A program made the position numbers and the translations under genes. A stretch of DNA of 24,322 nucleotides from positions 1-24,322 of the IMG/VR virus record IMGVR_UViG_3300015050_000552. The stretch is one strand, 5' to 3'. The stretch is from a virus. Its lineage: Duplodnaviria; Caudoviricetes. Under the pieces are notes generated by a model. That model was not told the origin of the DNA. It saw only the letters and a program-made list of their open reading frames with translations, and made no database searches. Of this stretch, positions 8,755-17,306 are shown in pieces. Each line of letters begins with the position of its first letter. Position 1 is the stretch's first letter.

Positions 8755-9082
8755 AACAACGAAGAAGTCTAAAGTTAAAGGCAAGAAAGTTGTTGACTCT
8801 TGCTGCGCACTTCCTTGCGGCGATTATAAGCCGAGGCTTTATCTTGATCTGGAAGGTAAAGATGTCAGTCAAGTAAAGGGTTTGACTGTCGGGGAAGAAG
8901 TCTGGTGTCTCATTAAAGGTAAGGTTGTCGGGCTCGAGCAGCGCGAGCGTTCCGACAGCGACGGTGAGATGAAGAAAACAGGTTCGATTCAGCTGGAAGG
9001 TTATGAAGTCGATGTGTTGGCCGAAGAGCCGAACGACTTCGTGAAGATGGCCGATGAAATGACTGAAGGAGATCAGTCATGA
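8747..9082 (+). CDS. small beta-rich hypothetical protein, possibly capsid-associated
   Basis: Start reassigned to GTG 8747 (GGAGG RBS, GTGGCTGA overlap). 111 aa with pattern PRLYLD...LTVGEEV..IKGKVVG...SIQLE. Confidence 0.6.
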   Translation: MAETTKKSKVKGKKVVDSCCALPCGDYKPRLYLDLEGKDVSQVKGLTVGEEVWCLIKGKVVGLEQRERSDSDGEMKKTGSIQLEGYEVDVLAEEPNDFVKMADEMTEGDQS

Positions 9083-9468
9083 GCAGTGCAGTCTATCCGA
9101 AGGCTCTGGACGCGATTGGTAAAAAGCTGATCGATTTGACCACTGACGACATTCGCGTGATGCTGCTCAAGGCGGCGTACACTTACGATCCGACAGATGA
9201 GTTTATCGCAGATATTGGAGCTAACGATAACGGCAGATCGGCTGCGGCGATTGGCGGAAGAACAATGGCCAGTGGCGTGCTGGATGGGAGTGATACGAGT
9301 TTAACCGCTACAGGAGCTGTATCTTGTGATGCAGTTCTTGTTTTCTTGCATACTGGTTCAGATGCAACTGCCAGGCTTTTAGCAAGATTAGAGGGCTCGG
9401 CTTTCACTCCTGCAGCCTCACAGCCTATCAATGTGCTGTTTCATGCAAGCGGAATTCTTTCGATTTAA
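9079..9468 (+). CDS. virion structural protein (fibre-associated)
   Basis: AAGGAG RBS, ATGA overlap, 129 aa. IDLTTDDIRVMLL...GILSI pattern is one I recognise from phage proteins preceding fibre genes. Confidence 0.6.
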   Translation: MSSAVYPKALDAIGKKLIDLTTDDIRVMLLKAAYTYDPTDEFIADIGANDNGRSAAAIGGRTMASGVLDGSDTSLTATGAVSCDAVLVFLHTGSDATARLLARLEGSAFTPAASQPINVLFHASGILSI

Positions 9469-9471
9469 GTC

Positions 9472-10884
9472 ATGGCTGATCGCTATTGGGTAGGCGGCAC
9501 TAACACTTGGAACGGCACAGCCGGCACCAAGTGGGCCACTACGTCTGGTGGCGCTGGTGGTGCTGCTGTCCCTACTTCTTCAGATGATGTGTTTTTTGAT
9601 GCTAATTCTGGGGTTGTAACTGTAACTGTCTCAGGTTCCCCCGCTTGCAGGCATTTAAATTTTACTGGTTTTCCATCTGGCGCTGCCATAACTACTGGCG
9701 GTATTGTCACGCTGGTTTTGGGTGGAGATATTATCATTCCATCTGGCAGCCTTGCAACCTATACATTCTTTGGCTTTGTAGCGCCGACAGCTAGTGTCAC
9801 ACACACTTTAGATACGAACGGGGTAGTGCATCAATTTATTATAAACTCGAATGCAAACAACGCTACAATCAATTTAGCTTCTGATTGGGTCACAGATTCT
9901 TCGACCGCAGCAAGACCGTCCGGAATGATCTTCACCGGCACTGGTGCAGTTTTTAATACTAATAACTATAATATGACGTTGAGTGATTTTAATAATGGCC
10001 CAGCTGGAACTATAAATCTTGGCTCTAGTATTATTACCCTAAAAGAGCCAAGAACGGGGGCTGGGCAAGGCTTTGTCTCTCTTTCTGGTGCTGGAACAGT
10101 GAATTTTGGCACTTCAAAAATAATACTGCAATGCGTTGGAAGCAACAACAGAACTTTTGCTGGTGCCGGTAGAACTTTCTATAATTTGGAGATTACAGGG
10201 TCAACTTCCGGGAACTTAGTCTTCACTGGATCAAATACTTTCAACGAGTTCAGGTGTTCTATCGCACCTAAAACTATTCATTTTACTGCTGGCACAACAA
10301 CCACTGTGTCTGCTTGGGTTGTATCTGGGACACCTGGTAACTTAATTACTATTACCAGCCCCACCACTGCTACTCACGCTTTGGTAAAAACTGGTGGGAT
10401 AGTCAGTTCAGATTATCTGAATTTGAGTTATTCCGCAGCTACTCCCGCTTCGACGTGGTATGCTGGGGCTAATTCAACTAATAGTGGTAACAACAGCGGT
10501 TGGTTATTCTCTGCAGGTGCGTTTGATTTCAGCCCGGGATTTGGCTCGAATACCCCACAAGCCTTTGGCTTGACGCCTGGCTTAGAGATGTCTACAGCTA
10601 TGAATACCAGTACAGCTGCAGGTTATGTGCCTATCTTAAATCTAAATGTAGCGCTTGAAATTGCAGTAAGTCAAGCATTTGCTTATGATGCAGGAATATC
10701 TGGTGGTATGTCTGTCAGTCGTGCTGACGGGCCTCGTGCTGCTTTTGATGTAGGCTTTGAATTCCGCTGGAATGACCAAGAACCGCTGTCTGGTTCTTGG
10801 TCAAAGCAATCGGTTAAATCGCCAGGTTGGATTAGCCAATCTGGTTTAAATAATTCGTGGACTGAACAAGAGAGCGAGACATGA
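9472..10884 (+). CDS. G/T/S/N-rich beta-helix-like fibre or adhesin protein
   Basis: 470 aa. N-terminus RYWVGGTNTW...VPTSSDDVFFD, repetitive beta-solenoid-like strands, C-terminal WxxQ repeats. Visibly AT-richer than the flanks. Confidence 0.7.
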   Translation: MADRYWVGGTNTWNGTAGTKWATTSGGAGGAAVPTSSDDVFFDANSGVVTVTVSGSPACRHLNFTGFPSGAAITTGGIVTLVLGGDIIIPSGSLATYTFFGFVAPTASVTHTLDTNGVVHQFIINSNANNATINLASDWVTDSSTAARPSGMIFTGTGAVFNTNNYNMTLSDFNNGPAGTINLGSSIITLKEPRTGAGQGFVSLSGAGTVNFGTSKIILQCVGSNNRTFAGAGRTFYNLEITGSTSGNLVFTGSNTFNEFRCSIAPKTIHFTAGTTTTVSAWVVSGTPGNLITITSPTTATHALVKTGGIVSSDYLNLSYSAATPASTWYAGANSTNSGNNSGWLFSAGAFDFSPGFGSNTPQAFGLTPGLEMSTAMNTSTAAGYVPILNLNVALEIAVSQAFAYDAGISGGMSVSRADGPRAAFDVGFEFRWNDQEPLSGSWSKQSVKSPGWISQSGLNNSWTEQESET

Positions 10885-11525
10885 TTAAAAGTGCTGTGAT
10901 TACGATTATCAAGAATCGTCTTGGTCAGCGAACCGATCTGGACGACTTCATCACGACGGAACTGGATTTGCAACAGGAAACCGCATTGGAGCGGAACGGT
11001 CGGATTGTACCTTGGTTTATGGAGTCCGAGGTAGCTTCAACGACTATGGAAGTTGGTGAGCAGCGTGTTCCAATTCCTGCTGACTTTGCAATGGCAAAGG
11101 AAGAAGGCGGGCTGTTCGTCTACCGAGCGGATCAAGAAGAACCTTGGATTCCGTTAACCAAGGTGGACTACGACGATGCAGTGATGAAATATGGCGATCA
11201 GACCGGACAGCCAGAAGTCTACTCGATGGGTGGTGACTACTATCGGATGTTTCCTATCCCTGATCAGGAATACGTTTTGAAACAGATTTACTTCCAGACG
11301 GATACTCCGCCGTCAGCTGTAGCTGCTGGTTCTTACAACAAGTGGTTGCGGTATGCACCTGACTTGGTGATTGCGCAGATGTGCGTATATCTCGCCTCGT
11401 TTTATATGCAAGACTTTGACTTAGCCAAAGTGCATCAAACTGCGTTGCAGGCAGCTTGGGATCGACTGCATGTCGAAACCGAGTCACAGAAGCATACTGG
11501 CCGTCAATATCAGATGGGGCGCTAA
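10881..11525 (+). CDS. head-tail adaptor protein (T7 gp11 / P22 gp4-like slot)
   Basis: 214 aa. Motifs VPIPADF, GQPEVY, FPIPDQEY, NKWL..APDL are typical of podovirus adaptors. Confidence 0.72.
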   Translation: MIKSAVITIIKNRLGQRTDLDDFITTELDLQQETALERNGRIVPWFMESEVASTTMEVGEQRVPIPADFAMAKEEGGLFVYRADQEEPWIPLTKVDYDDAVMKYGDQTGQPEVYSMGGDYYRMFPIPDQEYVLKQIYFQTDTPPSAVAAGSYNKWLRYAPDLVIAQMCVYLASFYMQDFDLAKVHQTALQAAWDRLHVETESQKHTGRQYQMGR

Positions 11526-11526
11526 C

Positions 11527-12390
11527 ATGGGACTCGAAGCTGGAAATTTTCTCAATGATTTAGTAGTTATCAATCCGGTTGCAGGTGACCCGCGCAATCA
11601 GGGTGACGATCATTTGCGACTGATTAAAGAAGTGCTGAAAAATACTTTCCCAGGCTTTACGGGGCAGTTTACTCGCACGCAAACTAAGTCTGCTGGCTAT
11701 ACCCCAGTTTTGAATGACAATTGGTCAGCTATACTCGCGACAGCTTCCTTGACACTAGGCCTAACAGCAGCCGCTACGCTTGGCAATGGTTGGGCTTTAA
11801 TCATCATTGCAGATGGCGGTGATGTTACAGTTGATCCGAACAGCACTGAAGAGATCAATGGGGCTGCCACTTCAGTTGTAGTTGAAGATGGTAATATGGC
11901 TTTGCTTGTGTGCACAGGCGCTGAGTTTTATCTTCTTCAAGCGCCGAGGACTATTCCGGTAATTGAAGCTTTTCCGATCGGCTCTATCTTCATGTCGGTA
12001 GTTGCAACTGCCCCCGCAACTTTACTCGGATATGGAACTTGGGTTGCTTTCGGAACTGGTCGTATGCCGATAGGCATAGACTCCGGCAATGCTTTGTTTG
12101 ATACGGCAGAAGAAACTGGTGGGTCTGCTGATATTCCTGTGGTAGCGCATGATCATACTTTTACTACTGGTGGTCAAAGCGCAGACCATAGTCACGTAAT
12201 AGGTGTTGGCTCTGTTGGCGGAACTTCTGGTGGTGTGTCCAGTGGTGTTGGTGTTTCTGGAGGTGCAAACACTAACGCTACTTCCAACGATCATACTCAC
12301 TCTGGCACGACAGCCTCAACTGGTGTAACTGGCACAAACAAAAACTATCCTCCGTTTATCGCAGTTTACATGTGGAAGCGCACAGGTTAA
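11527..12390 (+). CDS. tail fibre protein
   Basis: Start reassigned to ATG 11527. N-terminal anchor GDDHLRLIK. C-terminal T4 gp10-like region PIGSIF...GTW...GR...TGG, three HxH motifs (HDH, HSH, HTH) and PPFIAVYMWKRT. Confidence 0.8.
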   Translation: MGLEAGNFLNDLVVINPVAGDPRNQGDDHLRLIKEVLKNTFPGFTGQFTRTQTKSAGYTPVLNDNWSAILATASLTLGLTAAATLGNGWALIIIADGGDVTVDPNSTEEINGAATSVVVEDGNMALLVCTGAEFYLLQAPRTIPVIEAFPIGSIFMSVVATAPATLLGYGTWVAFGTGRMPIGIDSGNALFDTAEETGGSADIPVVAHDHTFTTGGQSADHSHVIGVGSVGGTSGGVSSGVGVSGGANTNATSNDHTHSGTTASTGVTGTNKNYPPFIAVYMWKRTG

Positions 12391-12400
12391 GGAGAACGAT

Positions 12401-12736
12401 TTGGCTGATTGCGATCAAGACGAAATCAAAACTCCTTTCTTCTCTTGGAGAGGAAAGTCTCGGCAAACAGCTGAGTTAATCTCAATGGCTTCCATGCTTG
12501 CTCTTGGTTGGGTAGGTTGGCAGGTGTGGGAAATGAAAGCGGAAACGAAAAAAGACTCCACGAAATTGGAGCAGACTTTTAAGCAGGGGTTTACTGACTT
12601 GGCTGGTGGGCAGAAAGAGCAAAACGAGATTATGCGTTTTCAGCTTTGCCTACAATCTGTCTCACCAGAGCGTCGTGAGCGGGAATACATAAGTGAGAAT
12701 TCAATGTGTCGGCAGCTGTCAAAGGAAAAACTATGA
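12401..12736 (+). CDS. single-pass membrane protein of the lysis cassette
   Basis: TTG start with AAGGAG RBS. One hydrophobic helix (LISMASMLALGWVGWQVW), a coiled coil and two C-terminal Cys. Coupled to the endolysin by ATGA. Confidence 0.6.
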   Translation: MADCDQDEIKTPFFSWRGKSRQTAELISMASMLALGWVGWQVWEMKAETKKDSTKLEQTFKQGFTDLAGGQKEQNEIMRFQLCLQSVSPERREREYISENSMCRQLSKEKL

Positions 12737-13113
12737 CTCCGCATTTCTCGAAAGAGGAGTTGACTTGTAAGTGTGGCTGCGGTATGCTGCCAGACCCGAT
12801 CTTTATGAATAAGGTCGAGTTGCTGCGCGTGACTGTTGGCTTTCCGTTTCCAGTGAATTCGGCCGCACGCTGTGCAAAGCATAATAAAGCAGTGAGTGGA
12901 ACTGGAGAAGATGGGCCACATACGACTGGACATGCGATCGACTTAGGCTTGTCAGGCGCGAAAGCTTTGACAGTTCTTAATACTGCACTGCGTATGGGTG
13001 TCTTTACTGGTATTGGAATAAACCAGAAAGGTAATTATCCCGGACGCTTTGTTCACTTGGACGATCTGCCCAATGCACCGGGTCAGCCGCGTCCTCACAT
13101 CTGGAGCTACTAG
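12733..13113 (+). CDS. endolysin, peptidase M15 family (Zn D-Ala-D-Ala peptidase fold)
   Basis: Start reassigned to ATG 12733 (AAGGA RBS). HFSKEELTCKCGCG, SAARCAKHN, H-x6-D (HTTGHAID), FVHLD. Confidence 0.9.
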   Translation: MTPHFSKEELTCKCGCGMLPDPIFMNKVELLRVTVGFPFPVNSAARCAKHNKAVSGTGEDGPHTTGHAIDLGLSGAKALTVLNTALRMGVFTGIGINQKGNYPGRFVHLDDLPNAPGQPRPHIWSY

Positions 13114-13114
13114 C

Positions 13115-13651
13115 ATGCCCTTACCAGCAATCATTGCACTTGCCGCAAAACTCCTGCCTTTCGCTGCTGCAGTCCCGGATGTGATTCGTGCCTTTGGTGG
13201 GGAAAAGGCGGGTGACGTCGCTGACGTGATGGTAGACGTTGCGAAGAAAATCACTGGTGAAGTTGACGGCGAGACAGCAGTCACCAAGATCATCAATGAC
13301 CCACGACTGCAATTGGAATATCAGACGATGCTCTCGCAAGAGAAAATCACGATTCTGAAAATTGAAGCGGATGCTGAGAAAGCTGCCAGTGAAGCAGTGA
13401 CTGATCGCTGGAAAGCTGACATGGCGTCTGATGATAAGCTTTCCAAGCAGGTGCGCCCGGCCGTGCTTCTGTGGTTTATGGTGCTGTTGACTTATATTAC
13501 AGTCGCCAGTAGTGTCGGAACTCGCTTTCAGACCGGAGTGCTTGATATGATTCTGTATCTCGCTCTGGCAGTATTCAGCGCCTACTTCGTTGGCCGCACA
13601 GGCGAAAAAGGTATGGAAACTTTCAGCAAGATGCGCTTGCACAGGAAGTAA
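13115..13651 (+). CDS. holin (3TM / GTA-holin-like)
   Basis: Start reassigned to ATG 13115 (GGAG RBS). RWKADMASD..SKQVRP followed by two TM helices and AYFVGRTGEK. Follows the endolysin. Confidence 0.78.
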   Translation: MPLPAIIALAAKLLPFAAAVPDVIRAFGGEKAGDVADVMVDVAKKITGEVDGETAVTKIINDPRLQLEYQTMLSQEKITILKIEADAEKAASEAVTDRWKADMASDDKLSKQVRPAVLLWFMVLLTYITVASSVGTRFQTGVLDMILYLALAVFSAYFVGRTGEKGMETFSKMRLHRK

Positions 13652-13653
13652 GC

Positions 13654-15249
13654 ATGGGTAAAAAGAAGACAGTCGCTATCCCGATCGCTGGCCAATACGG
13701 CATAGTTGTTGATGTGTCTCCCCAGGAGATGCCGTTGAACGCTTGGAGTGGTGGGAAGAATGTGCGTTTCCGAGACGGATACGTAGAGAAATTCTTCGGG
13801 CATGTGGCTGTCTTCGACCCGCCGGTAGTTCCTCCGTATTGGGCGCTGCCTGTGCCGACGGTGCAGGGTTTGCTTTGGCTGTATGCTGGACTGCAGAAAG
13901 TCTATGCGTGGGATGGGGCTGCGCATTTTAACATTACTCGGCAAACTGCTTCAGTAGATGTAGATTATTCAGCGAATGCAACGTTGAACTGGACAGGTGG
14001 TTTACTTGGTGGTGTGCCTGTAATCAACAATGGAGTTGATGCCCCGCAGATGTGGTTTCCGGCGGAAACTGGCGTGAAACTGGAAGAATTAGGTAACTGG
14101 CCAGCTTTGACAACATGCCGCGCTTTCCGTTCATTCAAGCAATACCTGCTTGCTATGGATGTGACGAAGAATACCGACCGCTTCCCCTTTATGGTGAAGT
14201 GGAGTCACGCCGCTGATCCTGGTGATATTCCGGTAAGCTGGGACGAAACAGACGAAACACGGGATGCTGGTGAGTATGAGATTAAGGAGTCCGGTGGTTT
14301 CGTGCTGGATAGTATTCCGCTGAAGGATACGAACGTCATCTATAAAGAAGATGAAATCTGGGCTCAGCAGTATATAGGTGGGATTAACATCTTCAAGTTT
14401 TTCCGACTCTTCGGGACTATTGGAGCTTTGTCTCGTCGGTGCGCTATTGAGATACCTGGCGGCTATCACTTGGTCTTTGGCTCGAATGATATTATCAAGC
14501 ATAATGGCGTCGAGGCAACTTCGATCTTGGAAGGGAAGTATCAACGGCGGATATACTCGACGATTGATCCAGACAATTTCGCTAAGTGCTTCGTAGCTGT
14601 AAATAAGGCAGCACGGGAAGTCTGGTTCTGTTACCCGGAGACCGGCAACACACTGCCGAATATCGCACTTGTCTGGAATATGAAGACAGGTGCTCTTGGG
14701 TTGAGAGACATTCCGAACGTCACTCACATTGCCGCTGGTTTAGTTAACTTAGGAGTTAACTCCGATCTCTGGTCGTCGAATGACGGGACTTGGGATGACT
14801 GGGCGCAGGCGTGGGGCGAGCGTGAGTTTAATCCATCACAAGAGAAACTGTTACTCTGCAACCCTGTGTTGACTAAACTCTTCCGAGCAGACACCGATAC
14901 AACTTTCGATCTGCAGCCGATGGAGTCTTACATCGAGCGTGTAGGTCTCGGTTTTCCGCTGAAAACGGGAGAATCGCCTGACTTTACTTCCAAGAAATTT
15001 GTATCGCGTATCTGGCCGAGAATTTCTGGAACGATCGGAGGTGTGGTTAATGTGCACCTCGGCACGCAAGAGAAAGTGGACGGGCCTGTAACTTATAAGC
15101 CGAGTAAACCCTTTGTTATCGGACAACAGGAGCACGTGGATATCATGGCTGACTCACGTCTCCACGCTCTCAAGTTCTCCTCAGATACCGCTTTGGAATG
15201 GAAACTGCACAGCTACGACGTAGACGTTCGTAAGTCTGGGGAAATGTAA
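13654..15249 (+). CDS. tail nozzle / DNA stabilisation protein (P22 gp10 / T7 gp12-like)
   Basis: 531-aa beta-rich protein (NVRFRDG, VKWSH, EVWFCYP, ALVWN), located between the adaptor/fibre and ejection genes. Confidence 0.8.
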   Translation: MGKKKTVAIPIAGQYGIVVDVSPQEMPLNAWSGGKNVRFRDGYVEKFFGHVAVFDPPVVPPYWALPVPTVQGLLWLYAGLQKVYAWDGAAHFNITRQTASVDVDYSANATLNWTGGLLGGVPVINNGVDAPQMWFPAETGVKLEELGNWPALTTCRAFRSFKQYLLAMDVTKNTDRFPFMVKWSHAADPGDIPVSWDETDETRDAGEYEIKESGGFVLDSIPLKDTNVIYKEDEIWAQQYIGGINIFKFFRLFGTIGALSRRCAIEIPGGYHLVFGSNDIIKHNGVEATSILEGKYQRRIYSTIDPDNFAKCFVAVNKAAREVWFCYPETGNTLPNIALVWNMKTGALGLRDIPNVTHIAAGLVNLGVNSDLWSSNDGTWDDWAQAWGEREFNPSQEKLLLCNPVLTKLFRADTDTTFDLQPMESYIERVGLGFPLKTGESPDFTSKKFVSRIWPRISGTIGGVVNVHLGTQEKVDGPVTYKPSKPFVIGQQEHVDIMADSRLHALKFSSDTALEWKLHSYDVDVRKSGEM

Positions 15250-15494
15250 TGGAGAAGTATGAAGCCAGCGAAGTTTCAACCATCGAGCCAACTGGGGTGT
15301 TCGGTTGGGCTGTGGAGGAGTTTCGCAGGATTTCGGCGGCGTTCTCAACTATTCATGAACTCGACACTTACCACGTCGCGCCGAAGAAAGCACGCACTGG
15401 CATGCTGGTAATCGCTGATGGGACTGACTGGGACCCTGGAGCTGGTCAGGGTGTTTACTGCTATTACAACTCAACTTGGAATCGTCTTGGCTGA
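15249..15494 (+). CDS. small tail-tip / needle-like virion protein
   Basis: TAATG coupling. Short helix followed by GMLVIADGTDWDPGAGQGVYCYYNSTW, a small beta-domain pattern common after nozzle genes. Confidence 0.65.
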   Translation: MEKYEASEVSTIEPTGVFGWAVEEFRRISAAFSTIHELDTYHVAPKKARTGMLVIADGTDWDPGAGQGVYCYYNSTWNRLG

Positions 15495-15966
15495 ATTTGA
15501 CACACCTGAATGGCGGGCAGAGCGTAACGCAAAGCTTGCCGAGTGGTTTCTCCATAACGGAGATGCCATTGCTCTTTTCCTTGATTTCTGTCAGTTGTCC
15601 GAAGTATGGGACGACTTGATTGATAAAGATAAGATTCCGACGGATGAGGAAGTTTCGGATACATTCAACAGTATGTTGATTCGGCTTCCTACAAATCCGT
15701 TTTACTTGAGATATCAAGGTTGGTTTACTTGTCTCTCAATTCTTGTGGTGAACGCTTATCATGATGCAAACCAGTTTCAACTTGGTGATAAGCGGCAGCG
15801 TCATATTGCTTACCATTTACGTAAGATGATCATTGAATTTGCTTGCCTGATCGCGTTCTGTGCGGGTGGTTTTCCTCACATGCGTAAGGTGAGTTTAGAG
15901 ATTCGCGAGTTTTTCATCCGCGAAACCTACGAAGACTGGGAGCTTTCTGATGCGCAACTTCATTAA
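15487..15966 (+). CDS. all-helical protein with DDxxD motif (possible isoprenoid synthase / prenyltransferase fold)
   Basis: Start reassigned to TTG 15487 (TTGGCTGA overlap). WDDLIDKD at the end of a helix (15607-15630). The gene is well supported; the function is inferred. Confidence 0.5.
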   Translation: MAEFDTPEWRAERNAKLAEWFLHNGDAIALFLDFCQLSEVWDDLIDKDKIPTDEEVSDTFNSMLIRLPTNPFYLRYQGWFTCLSILVVNAYHDANQFQLGDKRQRHIAYHLRKMIIEFACLIAFCAGGFPHMRKVSLEIREFFIRETYEDWELSDAQLH

Positions 15967-16885
15967 ACTATTGTTCAGCGTGGTGACGCCGCTCTACTTC
16001 GGTGGTGGCGGAGGCGCGCAGCAATCGACTACAACAACGCAGAATTTCTCTCCGGAGGAAGCTGCGCAGCGTGCTCTGGTTCAGCAGGAAGCTACGAGGA
16101 TTTACCAGAGTAGCAAAGACCAGATTGCTAATTCTCCGTATCCAGGGGCGGCGCCGGTTCCTCTGGGCCCAGATTCGTTGCAGGCGCAGGACATGCTGCG
16201 CACTTGGGCAAATGGAGCTGGAACTACCGGAGCACAGACTGCTCAAGGTTATTCCGATTTCCTGATGACAGATGCGATGAAGGCGGAGTCGAATCCGTAT
16301 CTTCAAAGTGCTATCGGTGCTGCGACACGTCCGATAGATCAGGCTTACACAGACCCGGGTGGCGTATTCAGCTCTATCCGGACAAGCTCGCAGCAAGCAG
16401 GTCCGAGCACACGGCAAGGTATCGCTGAAGGTATCGCAGGTCGTGGTTACCTGAATGCTGTCGGTGATGTGTCCAGTAAAATGGCATATCAGAACTATGC
16501 AGATTCGATGAAGAATGCGACGACTGCATTAGCTCTTGGCCCGCAGACAGCACAGCTTGGCCAAATGCCTGCAATGGCGATCGGAGCTATCGGTCAACAG
16601 AACGAGATGATCCAGCAGATGCAAGGGGATTATGCCTCTCAGCAGAAAATGTGGGAGCTGAACGCTCCGTGGGCGCCTTTGCAGAATTACGCTAACATCG
16701 TGTTCGGCGGAGCGGCGCCCGGAACGACCTCGACTTCAACAGGTGGCGGCTCACAATCTCCTAATCGAGCGATGGGAGCTCTTGGTGGCGCCGCTCAGGG
16801 GGCAATGCTCGGTTCAGTTGTGCCGGGTATAGGCACCGCAGTCGGAGCTGGTGTCGGCGCATTGCTTGGCTTATTCGGTAGCTAA
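15950..16885 (+). CDS. DNA ejection / pilot protein 1
   Basis: GGAG RBS. GGGGG-QQSTTTTQ near the N-terminus, NPYL motif, Q/A/G-rich body, C-terminal glycine zipper (GAAQGAMLGSVVPGIGTAVGAGVGALLG). Confidence 0.75.
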   Translation: MRNFIKLLFSVVTPLYFGGGGGAQQSTTTTQNFSPEEAAQRALVQQEATRIYQSSKDQIANSPYPGAAPVPLGPDSLQAQDMLRTWANGAGTTGAQTAQGYSDFLMTDAMKAESNPYLQSAIGAATRPIDQAYTDPGGVFSSIRTSSQQAGPSTRQGIAEGIAGRGYLNAVGDVSSKMAYQNYADSMKNATTALALGPQTAQLGQMPAMAIGAIGQQNEMIQQMQGDYASQQKMWELNAPWAPLQNYANIVFGGAAPGTTSTSTGGGSQSPNRAMGALGGAAQGAMLGSVVPGIGTAVGAGVGALLGLFGS

Positions 16886-16898
16886 CAGGAGAACTTAA

Positions 16899-17306
16899 AT
16901 GATGGACTTTTCTGCAATTACTCCGGAAATGCTGAACACTTTGGCTGCGGACTGGAATCCGATGCCGATGCTGGAACAGCTGAACACTCCTGCAAATGCC
17001 GTATTAGGCGGACAAAATCCGATGCCTGCTGCGGATGGAGGCTACTTCAATATGCTGAACGGAGGTCTTGGTCAGGGTGCGCCGATCACGCCTCAAGGTC
17101 CGGCTCAACCTGGTATGACTCCGCTGAACATGCAGCAGATTGCTGCCCTACAAGGCAGCATGGCGAAGCCTCAGCAGATGCCGAACCCTGCGGCGGTGTC
17201 TCCGAGTAACAACTCGAGGGCGATCTCCACTGTGCCGATTCCTGGAGTAAATTCTCCAGGTATTGCGCCGGGCTTGAATCAAATCCTGCAAGGAGGTAAG
17301 CGATAA
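16899..17306 (+). CDS. M/P/Q/G-rich putative ejection protein 2
   Basis: AGGAG RBS. Low-complexity 135 aa between ejection-type genes. Confidence 0.6.
   Translation: MMDFSAITPEMLNTLAADWNPMPMLEQLNTPANAVLGGQNPMPAADGGYFNMLNGGLGQGAPITPQGPAQPGMTPLNMQQIAALQGSMAKPQQMPNPAAVSPSNNSRAISTVPIPGVNSPGIAPGLNQILQGGKR

Noticed and set aside
9472-12390. Diversity-generating retroelement or invertible fibre cassette
   Set aside because: No reverse transcriptase, invertase or template/variable repeat pair seen in the window.
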